A stretch of 64,000 nt of DNA. Origin: Tubiluchus corallicola. Lineage: Eukaryota; Animalia; Priapulida. Location of the stretch: assembly GCA_030141605.1 (NCBI GenBank), contig JAQGDQ010000199.1, forward strand, positions 62,001 to 126,000. The letters run 5' to 3'. Shown here one piece after another: positions 49,065 to 64,000 of this stretch. Numbering within the stretch: the first letter of the stretch is position 1; the number at the start of each line of letters is the position of its first letter. Position numbers and translations under genes: made by a program. Under the pieces are notes generated by a model. That model did no database searches. It saw nothing but the letters and a program-made list of their open reading frames with translations, and was not told the DNA's origin.

Positions 49065-50045
49065 AAGCATAAGAAAACACTCCACTTACATAAAGTTTAA
49101 AAAAGTCGTCTCGAAATTTTATATCACTTACATGCTTTATAAAACATATATATTTAAACGCGATGACAAACAGACGCAATCATTTTTGACAATAGGTCAT
49201 TTGAAACAAGTTTAGATAACACTGTGTAAAGTTTGAAAAAATAATCAGAGCATTCGAAGCGCACACGTCACTAACAGAGTTACTGTATCTTCTCAATAAG
49301 ATTTAAAATACGTTTTTGATTAGTGAGTGGTGCACCCTGGATTGTAAGTCAGTGATATTTTGCAAATTGGTGAAAACACTTTAAATAATTAAAAATCTCT
49401 TTTCTAGTTACATAAATCTTTCCAGCAGGTGAGCGAAAAGCTAAGTAATATAGATTTCCGTAGAAAGTTTTTTGGGACATAACTTAACATTGCCCTTTCT
49501 TCCCCTGATTAACGTTCGCATAGTGACGTCATGTAATGACGACTTCGGAACAGTATTGTGGAAGATTTAAAATAAAAACAAAAATTCGTTTTAATTCGAG
49601 TATGATATATGCATAAAATTGCTATAAAGTAATATAATTTTTAAGGCGATTTTTCTGAAACCTACTTCAGATAGCCCTTATTTTGTCCTTTAAGCTCCCG
49701 CGATGACCATTTAGCGCAGCCATTTTAATGGTAGGTCATTTGATACAAGCTTAGGTAACACTGTGTAAAGTTTGAAAAAATAATCAGAGCATTCGAAGCG
49801 CACACGTCACTAACTGAGTACAATTTTAAATTACTGTATCTTCTCAATAAGATTTAAAATACGTTTTTGATTAGTGAGTGGTGCACCCTGGAGGGTAAGT
49901 CAGCGATATTTTGCAAATTGGTGAAAACACTTTAAATAATTAATAATTTTCTTTACTAGTTACATAAATCTTTCCAGCATGTGAGCGAAAAGCTAAGTAA
50001 TATAGATTTCCATAGAAAGTTTTTTGGGACGTAATTAAACATTCC
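49065..50045. mobile_element. Kolobok-like element plus a tandem partial duplicate (about 49695-50045)
   Basis: ttaaagcataagaaaac...ttttgtcctttaa; block taatcagagcattcgaagcgcacacgtcactaac...gggac occurs twice. Confidence 0.7.
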
Positions 50046-50246
50046 CTATAACTATAACAAGTGATTTCAAGTCTGTCTAATAATTGAAAGCAAACTTTCA
50101 ATTTGGTTGAGATTCTGTTATCTATGGCCCACACAAAGGATCACAGACAACAAAAATACCCCCAAGTCTCCTCTATACACAGTGTTGGCACAAACCGAAA
50201 TTGATTAAATCTGAGACTAAACTTGAAAACAGGAAATGCGAAAAAT

Positions 50247-50320
50247 CAGGAATACAACTTGGATTTGAACCTAAGACATTCTGCTTACAAAGCAGACACC
50301 CTGACTGCTATCCCGTTGTG
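50247..50320 (-). pseudogene. tRNA-like remnant or SINE head (Thr-TGT-like arm)
   Basis: Minus strand TCTGC-TTTGTAA-GCAGA stem-loop and GGTTCAAATCC B-box; D-arm and acceptor stem poor. Confidence 0.4.
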
Positions 50321-51235
50321 TTTTCCAGCGCTCATGATTGTCTACAGTTCAACCCTTACAACTAACAAAACCGTTCAGCATTTCCAGTCTTAGATAGCTC
50401 ACAATACATTTTTAGTTTTGATTATATCTTATTATTAAGTGACTAGCCTCTACACAGTGACCATCCTGTCCATTGCTTGTTCATGCTGAATCAGCTTCCG
50501 CTTTATTATCCCTAATGGATAAGTTTTCGTTTAGAAGAAACCCTGGAAAACCGAAAGCCGCCCAGGCACCCACATTACTCGAATCAAGCCGCGAAATCCA
50601 CTGCCAACAGGTGGCTTGTTTACGCAATCTGCAACAAGGCGGCGCTGATGCACTGCAACCTGGGATACATGGTAATTGTTCGACTAAATAACAAAACATC
50701 TTATTCATGCTGTACAGTTTAAAAAGGAATAATTCTCATTATGTAAGTTAGAACGTCGTAGTGTGGATTTGGCGTGGAGGACTATTTCAAAATTGATAAC
50801 TCGTGGATCCGCCCCTGGAGACAGAAAATCCCGCCTGCCACCAAAAGCACTCAAAAACAAACAGCAAGTCAACAAGGTCGAACGTGATCTTAACCCTCGT
50901 CCTACCGGAAACAGAATCCATGTGTTGTGACGTCACAACCGAGGAATAAATTATGCGAATAATGTTATTTTATTGACACAGTGCACGCAGCGCTCCTGGT
51001 GAATGCTTAGCTTGATTGAATAAAGACAGTGTTGGGCAATTGCGTTGGTATTAATTAACTCTACTTGCACAATGCAAGGATTACGACAATTCCAGATAAT
51101 TTTACTGTTCAGTTCACTTGAGCTGAATCAGCAGCTGCAGAGGTCACAGCAGAGCGGCGGATCCAGGATGAACGCAGAAAAAGAAGGAACGTCAGCGAAA
51201 GAGATACACAGACACACAATCAAAAAATCAAAAAG

Positions 51236-51239
51236 CGAG

Positions 51240-51290
<51 letters not shown>

Positions 51291-51665
51291 CGACAACGAC
51301 AAAGAGAAAGAAACGGACAGAAGGGGGAAGAACAGAAGAGGGAAATAGGAGAAAAGATGGCAAGAATGGGTGGAAGAGAGATAGAGAGCATGCGAGAAAG
51401 AGAGAGAGAGAGAGGAGGAAGGGGAGAAGGGAAGAGGGGTGAGAACGCAGAGAGTGAGAGAGAGAAGGAAGGCGACAACGATAAAGAGAAAGAAACGGGC
51501 AGAAGAGGGAAGAACAGAAGAGGGAAATAGGAGAAAAGATGGCAAGAATGGGTGGAAGAGAGAGAGAGGAGAGTGGGAGAGATGGAGATAGAGGGGAAAG
51601 AAACAAACAGAGAGAAAGGGGAGGAGAGAGAAAGAGGGAGAGAGAGAAAGAGAAGGAAGAGAGGA
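51236..51665. repeat. (GA)n purine tract with an internal duplication of about 100 bp
   Basis: gaaggcgacaacga...gggtggaagagag at about 51286 and 51468. Confidence 0.9.
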
Positions 51666-52739
51666 ACAACCTTAAGATGTAGAAGGAAATTAAAGGTGTG
51701 AGCTGAAGACGTATAGAAAACTGGAGAAATGAAAATTTAGTTCTACGGCACAATATTAAACTAAACTAACAATGGTTAGTTTTAAGTCCAGTTTTAAATA
51801 AAAGCAAAATCTACAAAAAAGATCTTTCTATAGTGTGGCTTGGACACGTCTGTTAAATAACGCAAGTTATTCAACGACATCAGTTAAATCTGTTCAAGGC
51901 GCCCCAATATTGGGGTGTACTATATAGGAACTTATCAGGGCCTCTTAAAACGCACAATGTGGCGAATAAGTACATTGTCAGGCGAATGTTTCTGTGGTAA
52001 AACTAAGTTTTTACTAAAGCTTCTGGCAAATTAAAATATTTACTTAGTCAAGGATATAGTACTTAGTGTTTACATACTACAAAGCTAAATTGAAACACTA
52101 AAAATGACTAGGTTTAAATTGATAAAAAAAACCTCGTTGACCATCCAGTAAAACAACAGAGATCATCATAACAAATTAACAATGCAAATGCCTCATTTGC
52201 ATTTAAGCATTAACTTCCTAGAAATCACTCGTCTTCATCGGTTAACATGTTCAGACGTTCTCTTCCGGCCAAATCCACCGTAAATCGCGTTCGAACTTCT
52301 AAACGTGTGAAAATGGCTTAACCTGATAGGTTTTTCAGTAATAATGCCAAGGTTAATTTCACACCTGTACACGATTAGAATGAAATGTTTGTGCAGAGAA
52401 AACCTGACACCATAACAACGGTAGAGTGTACTGTAAATCATTCACTGAGAGGCGGCATGGAGTGTGTCGGTATGCTCTTTCACTGGATTGAGATCCGCAC
52501 TATCAATAATGATCATATGCCTGGTTTAATTTCAGCATAATGAATATATATTTTGGCGTCACTAATTATACAAAACTTTAAGGACATTCTGGCTCAATTA
52601 GCTACAAAACTGTTTAAAAGTTTGTAGAAAAAAGCAGTCATAGCACCTTAGCAGCTATACACCTAGACAGACAAAAAAGACAATTCACGCATGGTTGTAA
52701 CACTGTAGCAGTGTTGCATTCGTAGCAGCGATAAAGTGA

Positions 52740-52797
52740 GGAGAGAGGGAGAGAGGGAGAGGGAGAGGGAGAGGGAGAGGGAGAGGGAGGAGAGGGA

Positions 52798-52846
<49 letters not shown>

Positions 52847-52860
52847 CGGAAAGAGAGAGA
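52740..52860. repeat. (GAGAGG)n/(GA)n tract
   Basis: Direct inspection. Confidence 0.92.
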
Positions 52861-54614
52861 ATAATAGTGCATACATAGCATGAATTTTAAAAAAAGAGAG
52901 GCCCTAATTTCAAACCTGCCTGGATGAAACATTAAGCTATAAATAATAGTAGGAAGTTCTCAAACTGATTTCTATAGCCACAACTTAGAAAGTTTTTGAA
53001 TGGAATTTTATGGTTTCCAATAATTGCAGAACGTAGATTATGCACTCTGAATTGAACTTTGCAGATCCGAATAGAAATAGAAAGTGAATAGTGGAGAGAA
53101 AAACGAATTTCTAAAATAAAACTGACAACCACTGGAAAGCAACGACTCGACTTTCATTATGTAAGTTTTTAACTTAGTATTCGTCTTGATTGCTGATCAC
53201 AATGTTAATTTTTGCATTTTTATGCTGTATTATTATTATTATTGTTGTGGATTGTCGTGTAAACATGAACTCAACTGTACCTAAATAAAAGCCATGTCTT
53301 TACTTAAGTGGGAGGTGGCTATCATTTTTATTTTAAGAAATAGAAACTTTTTGAACAGTACTCTGTCGGATACAAGTTTCCCAAATAAAATTAAAGAAGG
53401 TTATCAATTTAATTTTGCAAATCGAAATGACAAATTTTTAAATAGGTCAAAAAAGTAGAAATTTTTAAAATTAACTTTCAGGTACTGTAAAATTGAAAAC
53501 TAAAATAAGTTAGAGTTTCAATTGAATGTTATTTATTAGTTTGTTTGCATTTGAAATAAAAATGAAATTTTGTAGATACGAAATGAAGCGAAAAGACTTT
53601 AAATTGTGCTCTTAACTACAACGCTTCTAATTGGGCGTTGTGCATTACTCAAGGAAATGCCAGAAATGCGGAGCACACAGATGTACACTTGCGCAGAACG
53701 TACGGGCGTTAGGAATAGAAAGCTAAATTTTTAAATAGTAAAATAAGATATACCGCGGTTCCATTTCCATACACTTTTACATATTTTTACATTTAGTTTA
53801 ACTCAAAACAATGTCTGCTGACAAAGGAGCTAGATGCCATCCAGTTTAGAGACACTCCAATCTGTAGTACTTCCACGCTGTGGTCGACAGCTGGTACTAC
53901 TTACTTTACGTACGGTACATGTGTGCGCCATCCTCAAAAATTATTGATAAACTACAAAGCTGGCATAGTTTGAAAAGCGAAAATTAATTTCTACTGCTAA
54001 TCTTAACAACGCTTGAAATAATGTGAGCATTTTGAAACAACAGATGCCAATGCACAAGCGTAGCATTTAAATCTATGTTTCAAAACAACACACCGAAACC
54101 TACTGTACTTACTGTCTTCAAGCCTTCAGACTGATACTGTTATTTCCTGGAACGCCGCTGTACACACCACGCCATTCCAACCCTCCCTTGCTATTTAATA
54201 CTACAAAAGCCAGTAGGTGGAGCAAGCTGCTGCTTCAAGGCATTGTAAAAAGCCGCAAAAGCGGCACCGTTTTGAATGATAATAATGTGTCCACCCGTCC
54301 AAGTTTAATTTGTAAAGTAATTAGAAATTCTGTCGCTGCAGTGTTGACATCTGGCGAGGTTTTGTTTGGAATTTCAAAGGGCATATTATAGCCACGCACC
54401 TGAGACTATTGACAGTAAGATTAGCATTTTTAGTCGGCGTTAATTCAGTTGTTCAGAGACACAGCTGCACGGCCTGATAAGATTACACAGTTCAAGTTGG
54501 CTAGTGCAGTACGCGTCTTGGTTTAAGAATGAAAAGAGGATTTCCGTTCCATTCCACGCGGCGCATAATCGCACACAGTGACGTGAATGTTTATTTATCA
54601 TGAAGATGACATTT

Positions 54615-55190
<576 letters not shown>

Positions 55191-58100
55191 AAAACCCCGC
55201 ACTGGAGAGAAAGGAGTGAAGTGTAGAGAAAGAAAAAAGTAAGCAAGGGAATACTGGAAGATGACTCTTAACCTCTACTCGAATTTTTTTAAACACGCAC
55301 ACGCGTGCACGAATACAAGCACACATGCACTTACCTACGCCTTTACTAACACGCAAACAAAACGTGGGGAAAATTCAATATGAGATCAAGCCGTTCACCG
55401 GAAACAATAGTTGGTAAATGAGATAGACGTGACTTGAGAAACACAGACAGTAAAAAAGCCCGTAGCAGTAAAAACACTCGTAAATGGTAAAATAGCCCCG
55501 TAAAAATGATTTACCGTCACACTAAAATGGATTGCCTTTTCAGATCTGAACATAGTAAAATCGTGCATACACACAGCCAGGCGATTGTTGTCATATAGAC
55601 ATACAAGTGCAAAATGTGTACGTACAGACGTTTTTATAAAAGCGTTTCTACTTGAGTTAGAAGCGTGTCAACGTTTATTAGCAGGTGTGAACGTAGAAAA
55701 GTGTGCGCAACCACATCCAGGTACTAACTATCGTACCGACATTGAAATGTAAGCTGTGTGTGTGTACAGCTGTTTTTTGTACAAGCGATCATACTTGAAC
55801 TGGAAGTGTGTCAACTTTCAAAGGAAAACTGAATACATAGTAAAAGCGTGCGTACATTCATATGGAAACACAACACATTAAATGACGTTGAGAGGTCAGT
55901 GCGACCAACGTTGTGGCAGTCACAAAATTCTTATCCAAACGATGGATTACGAGGTAAACGTAACTAGTGAAACCCACTTCTGGGCACGAGTGAAGATAGG
56001 AGTGGGGACTGAATACTGAATATACTCGCCTCGAACTAATCAGGCGGTTCTCTCTACCTCACACGCCCTCTTCGAAATATAAGTACGGTTTTGTGGCTCT
56101 TTTCCCTTTCGGTTCTAGACTTCCTGTTCGGCTAGTTAACATTCACATTTTTGCTCAGAATGAAAAACTGGCAAGAACAACAAGAACAACAACAATTTTT
56201 ATGACATATAGGACTTTCGCTAGCGCTTAAGCTAACAAGAACGTCCTTAGTTTTCGATATGTATGTATACTATTTTCATATCGGACCTCACAAAACTCGT
56301 AAAAGGTTTCCTTACGCTGTGAGCTTTTTTTAATTTGAAAACTTTTTTAAATGTCAGTGATGCCTGACCCACCTGTCAAAGTGACCTTTATACTCTAGCC
56401 AATTGCTAAAGTACTTACACACGTCACAAATCAAAGATCGTGGATGCTACTAAAAAGCAACAGCAGTTATGTTCAAATCTCAGTTGCTTATTGTCATACA
56501 GACGTTGAAATGGAAGATGCGCACGTACAATTTTTCCAGAGCTGCTTCTCTGCGGAATCTCTGCAGACAATACATTGGCACTAATTGCAATACTGTTGTG
56601 CAGTTCAGATGTAATCTCAGCAAAATTCTTATTATCTTCCCCACATCCGACTATTATTTAGCAGTTGATTTTCGGCACCTTTCCAGTTTTGTTCCGCAAT
56701 GCTCGAAGCTTCGAGTAATCCCATAATGCCCCAACCAATGCAACCCATAATGCCTTGTTTGCTACACATAATTGCAAAAAGGTCGTTCAAGTAGAAGAAA
56801 AATTAGTTCTCTGACAAGATTATTCGCCTCTCTCCTCGGCTGTAATATCATTTCCTACCTCCTCCATCGTGCAATAAAGAGAAGCTATGATTAGATTCAC
56901 AATTATCGTGTGAAATATATTACACCCCGGCGAATTTTTATTAGATCTACGAGCGAATTATACCCACCGTGAAAACCAGAATTAAGTTTAAGAGAATTGT
57001 GAAGTGCTCTGCTTTATATAAGCCAAGCCATTATTTCTAATTAAATGAGCTTAATTACATTTGCATATTGCAATTTCTTATGGATGCCAGGAGCTATGGT
57101 CGATTCGTTCTAGCTGCTTGAATTTGAATATTGTTTCTGGAAGCGACTGGAAGCAATTCGATTATTTAAGCAGGTCATTTTGCAGTGAAAAAGTATTGTG
57201 TGAATAACACGAGATTCTAACGTCACCGATCGTTGCTGTACTGTGCACACGTTCCACGATCACCAACTCGGATGCCTACACTTATTTTCTCAATGTCAAA
57301 TATCGTACAAAACCGTAATAAGTAAGACAAAGATGTAACAGGCCTTTAAAATGATGACTTAACATGTACCACAACAATATAATTATAATTAACAAATTAC
57401 TATAAAGACAAAACGTTAGAATTAATTAAAATGATTAATTACTAAGTAGAATTTAGTAGATAAAGACACACGCCGTAATTAGAGATAATTATAGATTTTT
57501 CTTTGCATATCAAATAGGCTAAAGGTGCCATTTTTAAGCTCACTGGACAAATTATTCCACAACAATGCACGTTGATGAGCAGCGATTTCTGCCCTTTGGT
57601 ATTAAATCTTTGAACATAGTAGGTTTGGTTAGTAGCAAATCGTGTATGATATTCGTGTACATTGGTTACAAATTTACAGTAATTCTGAAAAATTTACATC
57701 TGGTTGAATCTACACAAAAATTTGGCCAATTTTAGTTTATAAAGGTCCTGAAATTCTAAGATTTTTTTGCTGCTAATATTTAAAGCTGTAATATGAGATA
57801 TTTGTCTAGAGCTTAATAAATTTATTTTAAATCAAACTAAACCGAGCATCATAAGCATTACTCACATTTGTAAATCCAACTACCTTGTTACAGTGCAATG
57901 TTTTTTTTCCAGTAACCAGGATAATTGCTGATTCTATTAAAGCGCAAGAAAAACATTCTTGGTAAATAAAGTTTAATAAATTCCTCCGTAAATTTTACAT
58001 CAATTACATGTTGTCTTATTGCACAGAGGGCTTGCACTAGTAGTAATGCTGTATAAAACTTGTACGTCTGAACTCGCGCGATGATCGTTAGGAGCCGTCA

Positions 58101-58884
58101 TTCGAACCGTAAGTCATTGGAATAAAATTTGAAAGAATAATCAGAGCATTCCCAGCACACTCTTCACTCCACACTAACTAAGCAAAAGTATATACAGTCA
58201 ATCCTCGTTAAATCGGACTAATTGGGTGGGTGGGTGAGTGGTCCCGTTTAGCCGATTGTCCGATTTATCCGATATAGTGATGCACACTGGTATGTTGAAA
58301 CAGTGCTTTTTACCAAGTTACGCGAATATTCTAAATATTAAGAATTTCATTTTTCAATTACATAAGTCTTTCAAAAATGTAAGTGTAAATAATTTAACTA
58401 TGTATGGAAAGTTCTGGGGAATATACGTAGTATACTTTGAAATTTCTTTTTAAGTCCCAGTAATAATTCCCAGAACATTTAAAACGAGTGCATCTAATTT
58501 TCAACTAGCTCATTCGATTTACCCATAGCTTAGTAGCCAATACACGCAATTCTGAAAACTTTTTATTTACATATTCAAATTCCTGGCTTCACAAGAAAAA
58601 AGAAGCTTCATAAACAAGCTTCACAAGGAACAAATTGGCTTCATAAAAAACTAATCTCATAACAAAAGCTGGCTTTATAAAAACCGGCCTCGCAAGAAAA
58701 AAATGGTTTCTTCAAAAACTAGCTTCATACAAAAAACTAACCTGAGAAAAGGAAGCGTGGCTTCATAAAAGAAAACTCGCATAACAAAAAGCTTCATTAG
58801 AATGGCCCCAGGGGAAACATGGCATTTATAAGAAAAACTGGCATAAGAAAAAAACCGCAAAAAGTAGTTCATAAACGCTTCTTA

Positions 58885-60885
58885 CTTACGAGACTTATGT
58901 CTCAACTTACGTCACACACGAGACTTATGTCTCAACTTACTTCACACACTTACGAGACTTATGTCTCAACTTACTTTACACAATTACGAGACTTATGGCT
59001 CAACTTACTTCACACACTTACGAGACTTATGTCTCAACTTACGTCACACACGAGACTTATGTCTCAACTTACTTCACACACTTACGAGACTTATGTCTCA
59101 ACTTACTTCACACACTTACGAGACTTATGGCTCAACTTACTTCACACACTTACGAGACTTATGTCTCAACTTACTTCACACACTTACGAGACTTATGTCT
59201 CAACTTACTTCACACACTTACGAGACTTATGGCTCAACTTACTTCACACACTTACGAGACTTATGTCTCAACTTACTTTACACAATTACGAGACTTATGG
59301 CTCAACTTACTTCACACACTTACGAGACTTATGCCTCAACTTACTTTACACACTTACGAGAGTTATGGCTCAACTTACTTCACACACTTACGAGACTTAT
59401 GCCTCAACTTACTTTACACACTTACGAGAGTTATGTCTCAACTTACTTCACACACTTACGAGACTTATGGCTCAACTTACTTTACACACTTACGAGAGTT
59501 ATGTCTCAACTTACTTCACACACTTACGAGACTTATGTCTCAACTTACTTCACACACTTACGAGAGTTATGGCTCAACTTACTTCACACACTTACGAGAC
59601 TTATGTCTCAACTTACTTTACACACTTACGAGACTTATGTCTCAACTTACTTCACACACTTACGAGACTTATGGCTCAACTTACTTCACACACTTACGAG
59701 ACTTATGCCTCAACTTACTTCACACACGAGACTTATGTCTCAACTTACTTCACACACTTACGAGACTTATGTCTCAACTTACTTTACACAATTACGAGAC
59801 TTATGGCTCAACTTACTTCACACACTTACGAGACTTATGCCTCAACTTACTTTACACACTTACGAGAGTTATGGCTCAACTTACTTCACACACTTACGAG
59901 ACTTATGCCTCAACTTACTTTACACACTTACGAGAGTTATGTCTCAACTTACTTCACACACTTACGAGACTTATGGCTCAACTTACTTCACACACTTACG
60001 AGACTTATGCCTCAACTTACTTTACACACTTACGAGAGTTATGTCTCAACTTACTTCACACACTTACGAGACTTATGGCTCAACTTACTTCACACACTTA
60101 CGAGACTTATGCCTCAACTTACTTTACACACTTACGAGAGTTATGGCTCAACTTACTTCACACACTTACGAGACTTATGCCTCAACTTACTTCACACACT
60201 TACGAGACTTATGGCTCAACTTACTTCACACACTTACGAGACTCATGTCTCAACTTACTTCACACACTTACGAGACTTATGTCTCAACTTACTTCACACA
60301 CTTACGAGACTTATGTCTCAACTTACTTCACACACTTACGAGACTTATGTCTCAACTTACTTCACACACTTACGAGACTTATCTCAACTTACTTCACACA
60401 CTTACGAGACTTATGTCTCAACTTACTTCACACACTTACGAGACTTATGTCTCAACTTACTTCACACACTTACGAGACTTATGTCTCAACTTACTTCACA
60501 CACTTACGAGACTTATGTCTCAACTTACTTCACACACTTACGAGACTTATGGCTCAACTTACTTCACACACTTACGAGACTTATGTCTCAACTTACTTCA
60601 CACACTTACGAGACTTATGTCTCAACTTACTTCACACACTTACGAGACTTATGTCTCAACTTACTTCACACACTTACGAGACTTATGTCTCAACTTACTT
60701 TACACAATTACGAGACTTATGGCTCAACTTACTTCACACACTTACGAGACTTATGTCTCAACTTACTTCACACACTTACGAGACTTATGTCTCAACTTAC
60801 TTCTCACACTTACGAGACTTATGGCTCAACTTACTTCACACACTTACGAGACTTATGTCTCAACTTACTTCTCACACTTACGAGA
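58885..60885. repeat. 34-bp minisatellite, about 59 copies
   Basis: Unit cttacgagacttatgtctcaacttacttcacaca; explains the three overlapping ORFs of about 670 aa. Confidence 0.97.
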
Positions 60886-63448
60886 AAAATCTTCGGCTTT
60901 TAAGAAACAACAAAACAAAATTTTTAATTTTTTGCTTCATAAAATTTCAGTTCACAAGAAACAATAACGTCAAGTGACATGACGCAAAAGTTTGGCCTTA
61001 CGAAGCAAACTTGTTTTGGGATACAAGAAAAGTTGTGTTTACTTTCTCCAGCTTGCAAGACAAATTACAATTTAAAGAAATTGAGCTAAATAAGAAAAAC
61101 TTGGTTTTTACAGAAAAATGAGTGCGACAAAGAATATAATTTCTGAAAAATATGGCTTCACAAAAACATCCCGCTTAACAAGGTCAGTTTGCAATCTAAA
61201 CATTTAAAATTCAGCTCTATCAGGCTTCATAGCTTCAAAAAACTTTGATTTCGAAAGACAACCGACCTCACACGAACGATCATCGTTAAAACTCCTTTTC
61301 ACAATAAGATGGCTTCGCGAACAACTGACGTCAGAAGTTTGAATTAACCCCTCTCATCACAAGACAAAACGCAGCTTCACGAACCTGGCTTCGTTACCAC
61401 AGAACGTGGTTTCGCTACAACAGAACCTCCGTTTGGAAACCACCGTCACTAAAACGAAAAACTTGGCTTCACAAAAACGTTACTCCAAGATAAACTCCTC
61501 TATTTCACGCCGAATGATCTCACCATTGTTAAAACTGTAAACACAGTTCATGCTCTAGTGGGTTATGTGTTACGTGTTGCGAGTTTAGCCAGCTTCCATA
61601 ATCCAAGGCAATTTCCTTCACGTTTAGAGAGGATTTACTAACGATTCGCTTCATATCCAGGCATAGAGGTGCGCTACAGAGAAGTCGGGTAGAATTGGGG
61701 CTCTTTACTTGTATGGTTTCGGCACCAGACGTCACTTTGCCGACTCAACTAGGAAAGATAAAAGAATTGACTTGATTGCTCATCTCCACAAATGTTGAAC
61801 AGACTCGCCTCAGCTTCACTTGCACCGTACGTGAAAATCATTTTTGCAACTGTTGCAACTTTTCCAGTTCGTCCGATAATACAAAACGGTTTGACAGCTC
61901 CCAAAGCATCCATTTCACCCAACTTCTTTCACATTCAGGTTAACTAATGAATCGCTGTTGAGCACCATTGAGTATAACACTCAATATTTTAGTGGCGCAA
62001 AATAAGGTGTCCCATATTGCATAAACAAGACTGCTCTGACTAGTGTCCCACCGACCCTGCTCTAACAAGACTGCTCTGAGTATCCATGTTTTTCTGTGCT
62101 GTAACTATCTTAACACTTTTTTATAGAAAATTAGTGCGGTAAAATAATAAATTGATTCGATAAGCACCAGTGCCAAAGTATAAGTTCATCATCATACGCC
62201 CGTCACGTCTATTATAGACATTGGGCAGGCAGAATTCTAAAATAAAAGAAATCTGCCTTCAGACAGGTAAACGCAACAGTAATCCAGCAAAAAATACTAG
62301 ACACTGCTACGCCAGTGGCTTGTCAGCACCACTTCCGCGCAAAAGTATAAGTTACGATCTCTATATATCCTCCCTATATGGGAAATCTTGATAACATAAA
62401 TTTATAGCGATAATTATTCTGCTTTACAGGAAGCCCTAACGTCATTACATAAATCAATTCAACAAGCTCCAACTGAGAACTGTCTGTTGTAAAAGCACCC
62501 TACTTTACAATCTCAATATGGGAAATGTTTTCACCAGAAATTTACAGTCACAACTTTATGACAGCGATTTTTGCTACTTTGCAAAACCCCGTGTAAAATA
62601 AAGTAATTTAAGCGAAAATTTACAAAATGATATGAAATATCATCACTAGAAAAACTCTCTTGATAAGTTCAACATGGAAAACCTTGTAACTTCAACTTAC
62701 ATTTGAAATACAAGATCAGGATACCATATACACACTACCCAAATTAGGGCATATGCTACCTGTTAAGTGACTTACGCACTCCACAAATACCCGTTTCACG
62801 GCTAAACAAGTATCGTGTTTCATCGATTCAATTTAACTCCAGTTTTTTGCCTCGAAATTCAACCACAACGACCACACTATAAATACTAAAGCGCACAATT
62901 ATATTTTAGTTATTCACACGCAGAAATGATTTATCGCCATAAATGTCTAACAACAATGAAATGAAGTCCTTCAGCAAGAAACTTGCGACTATAATGCATT
63001 AAGCATCCTCGAAATGAAAGGCAATTAAGGGATGAGGAAGCTGAAGCTCATTCGCGTTGAAAGGGTTGTCTGAAGGCGAAGAAAGAACCCGAGTAGAGGA
63101 ATACCAGTGCTGTCAGCTCTTCAGTGGACATAATCAATCATAGTTTCATTCTTGAGAAAGTTCAACAAAACTTGTAAAAATAATAAGTTTCGGATGCTGA
63201 TATTTCGCGTGTTGCTAACAAAATGGGAGAAGTAATGGATCACCAAAAAATAACAAAATATCCAATTTACAAAACTGTAATATTATCCATAAAGCGCAAA
63301 ACTGGAAATAAATTCTTGTGAAAAACGTGGAAAATTTTCAACCCCTTTAAAGCAAAAAAACAACACGAAAAGCGCTAAAAGAAGACGGAAATGTGGAAAA
63401 TGGATAACAACACTGCCTAGAAAACTGTAACAGGTTCAAGAAAATTAA

Positions 63449-63909
63449 CCCTTTCAGTCCCAAATTATTTTTTTAATAAGAAAAAATTTTTTGGCTTGGT
63501 ACTTTTGTTCAGTATGTCCATCTTGTTTACACATAATAATTATTTTTTTCTACCTGTGCCCACGTGCTAAATATAGGCTGTATCCCACGGGATACATTGG
63601 GATTCAATGGAAGCATAAAATGTGCTTCATTTTGTAACTGCTGATAATTTTTTAAAGTGTTTAAGACATTTAGTATGCATGCTATGCTGATCTGCACAAT
63701 GTCGTCTCTAAAGTACTGTACCTTGCACAGTTTTTTATGCTATGTAGATTTTCTAGTTTGCCATTTTATCACCACTTTTAGTCTATTGTTATTGGCTTAA
63801 ATCAGAATAACTATTAACAGATCAAATAACTGTCAGTTTTAAAATTTTATTAATTTTAAAGGCAGAAAATATTTCTCGTATCCCACGGGATACAACGGGT
63901 AGGAAAGGG
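63449..63909. mobile_element. piggyBac-like MITE (inverted copy of 6433-6887)
   Basis: TTAA|CCCTTTC ... GAAAGGG|TTAA. Confidence 0.88.
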
Positions 63910-64000
63910 TTAAAAACACCTAAAGCTGGTAGCTACAACTGAGAGGACCACAATACTGGTGGTGTTATTTCTGAGTGGTTATAGCAATGTAGGTAAGTTA

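Noticed and set aside
50481-50708. Cys/Trp-rich ORF reminiscent of a THAP start
   Set aside because: Lacks the THAP C2CH spacing; no recognisable homology
55337-55400. Possible further 5' UTR exon ending TAG|GTAAGT at about 55337 (minus strand)
   Set aside because: Donor motif only; no clear acceptor or promoter evidence
58819-60977. Three overlapping ORFs of 660-694 aa as protein-coding genes
   Set aside because: They come from a stop-free 34-bp repeat; all frames give the same peptide
61529-61930. Coding-looking minus-strand stretches (SGAETIQVKSPN...; MDALGAVKPFCIIGRTG...)
   Set aside because: No recognisable family and no consistent splice structure; a BLASTx would be needed

Overview
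Eukaryotic (metazoan, AT-rich, probably invertebrate) genomic DNA. One large minus-strand gene dominates the window: a class-A-like plexin (semaphorin receptor). I traced 26 coding exons by hand from the ATG at 41359 to 6008 with consistent splice phases (4858 nt, about 1619 codons). They encode a signal peptide, Sema, 3 PSI, IPT/TIG domains, a TM helix, GAP segment 1 and the start of the RBD. The remaining C-terminus presumably lies beyond the left edge. The introns and upstream region hold many non-autonomous TEs (hAT-, piggyBac-, Tc1/pogo- and Kolobok-like MITEs, a mariner remnant, RTE and CR1 fragments, a tRNA-SINE) and tandem arrays. The best leads are: a candidate 27-nt in-frame microexon in the Sema domain; a 59-bp satellite built from a SINE 5' junction; a foldback element whose variable 60-bp array carries consensus 5' splice sites on the plexin sense strand; an inverted hAT-MITE pair bracketing two cytoplasmic exons; and a GC-AG intron. 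I found no prokaryotic-type system. Most ORFs in the track are repeat artefacts. All TE family assignments are from recalled motifs, not searches.
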